Source: Candidatus Uhrbacteria bacterium (GTDB lineage: Bacteria; Patescibacteriota; Patescibacteriia; UBA9934; GWF2-40-263). Taken from it: 54,077 nt of DNA. The notes beneath the pieces are model-generated. The model saw nothing but the letters and a program-made list of their open reading frames with translations, was not told where the DNA came from and searched no databases. Of this stretch, positions 53,083 through 54,077 are shown in pieces. The stretch lies in assembly GCA_018700535.1 (NCBI GenBank), contig JABITQ010000072.1, positions 1-54,077 on the forward strand. Direction: 5' to 3'. Within the stretch, counting starts at the first letter, position 1; every line of letters starts with the position of its first letter. The position numbers were made by a program, and so were the translations under genes.

Positions 53083-54077
53083 ATGAAAATCGAATCAATT
53101 CACGCACACGAAATTTTGGATTCACGTGGAAATCCAACGTTGAACGTGACGGTTCTTTTAAAAAATGGTGTGACCGGATCTGCATCTGTACCGAGTGGTG
53201 CATCTACTGGAACGCATGAGGCTCTTGAGCTTCGTGATGGTGACAAGAATCGCTATCACGGTAAGGGTGTGCTGAAGGCTGCAAAGAATGTTAATGGAAA
53301 AATTAACAAGTTGTTGCATGGTCAAAATGTTACGCGTCAGCGAGAGATTGATGAGATGATGATTGACCTAGATGGCACATCAAACAAAGCCAAGCTTGGA
53401 GCAAATGCCATCCTTGGTGTTTCGCTTGCGTGTGCACACGCTGCTGCTCGTGCCAAAAAGATGCCGCTCTACGCGTACCTGCGATGGGCTTACGATATTC
53501 AAGAAACAAAGTACCGCCTGCCGATTCCAACGATGAATGTTTTGAATGGGGGAGCGCATGCTGGTTGGATTTTAGATTTCCAGGAGTTCATGGTCGTGCC
53601 GACACAGAGAAAGTTTAAAGAACGTGTGAGATGTGGTGCTGAGATTTTTCATGTTCTTGGAAAGCTTCTTGCAAAGCGCGGGTACTCAACACTAAAAGGT
53701 GATGAGGGTGGTTATGCCGCTCCGTTAAAAAAGAACGAGGATGCGTTTAAGCTAATCATGCTTGCGATTAAGGGGGCTGGGTATACAGCGGGGAAGGATG
53801 TCTTTTTGGCGATGGACCCAGCGGTGTCTGAGGTGTATGACGCAAAGAGCAAGAAGTACAAACTTCGTGTAGACAAAAAAGATCTCACAAGCGAGCAGAT
53901 GATTACGATGTGGGAGAAGTGGCTTAAGAAGTATCCGATTATTTCTATTGAGGATGGACTCGATCAAGACGATTGGGATGGATGGGTAGAGCTTAACAAG
54001 CGCATGGGATCAAAAGTAACACTCGTTGGTGATGATTTCTTGGTGACGAATGTTGAGCGCTTACGAAAGTCTATTGA
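53083..54077 (+). CDS. eno: enolase, N-terminal part (3' end lies outside the window)
   Basis: MKIESIHAHEILDSRGNPTLNV and SGASTGTHEALELRDGD. The frame stays open to the window edge. Confidence 0.93.
   Translation, partial: MKIESIHAHEILDSRGNPTLNVTVLLKNGVTGSASVPSGASTGTHEALELRDGDKNRYHGKGVLKAAKNVNGKINKLLHGQNVTRQREIDEMMIDLDGTSNKAKLGANAILGVSLACAHAAARAKKMPLYAYLRWAYDIQETKYRLPIPTMNVLNGGAHAGWILDFQEFMVVPTQRKFKERVRCGAEIFHVLGKLLAKRGYSTLKGDEGGYAAPLKKNEDAFKLIMLAIKGAGYTAGKDVFLAMDPAVSEVYDAKSKKYKLRVDKKDLTSEQMITMWEKWLKKYPIISIEDGLDQDDWDGWVELNKRMGSKVTLVGDDFLVTNVERLRKSI

Overview
This 54-kb window reads like a segment of a streamlined bacterial chromosome, possibly CPR/Patescibacteria-like. That placement is inference from gene content: compact housekeeping genes, domain-trimmed enzymes, many orphan genes, and few Shine-Dalgarno sites. 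All motif and family calls were made by eye, with no database search.

Recognisable genes, in order: tyrS (3' fragment), rseP, pheS, pheT, dnaE, thrS, miaB, miaA, a NUDIX hydrolase, gatB, a dTMP-kinase-like gene, a ThyA-family gene, a DHFR-like gene, a dCMP-deaminase fusion, dcd, rplA, rplK, nusG, secE, gyrB, a SEDS (FtsW/RodA) gene, rplY, a DUF3048-like gene, prmC, a sugar nucleotidyltransferase, prfA, rpmE, rpsB, tsf, gap, a metallophosphoesterase, a DoxX-like gene, pgk and eno (5' fragment). I found no rRNA, tRNA, CRISPR array, transposase or integrase.

Promoters look sigma70-like (TTGACA-N16/17-TAnnnT), and many intrinsic terminators are readable.

Most interesting observations:
1. A ~1.17-kb ORF-poor unit on the minus strand (44483-45660) runs from a promoter to a terminator and splits the usual prfA-prmC pair. 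Its transcript would be A-rich and U-poor, with many GNRA/GAAA-capped hairpins. I call it a candidate large structured ncRNA that I cannot assign to a known family.
2. A ThyA-family enzyme carries Asp at the Asn177-equivalent base-specificity position, the dCMP-type state. It sits in a nucleotide-metabolism neighbourhood with a dNMP kinase, a DHFR-like gene, a dCMP deaminase fused to a deoxyribosyltransferase-like domain, and Dcd.
3. A higher-GC island (about 7.1-9.8 kb) and three scattered orphan genes all carry strong Shine-Dalgarno sites, which most housekeeping genes here lack.
4. An operon encodes a 1526-aa repeat-rich acidic protein and two small paralogs that share its repeat module.
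5. A Thr-specific (ACU) T-box leader precedes a thrS that lacks the TGS domain.
6. Several smaller candidate RNA or regulatory elements are listed in the findings.
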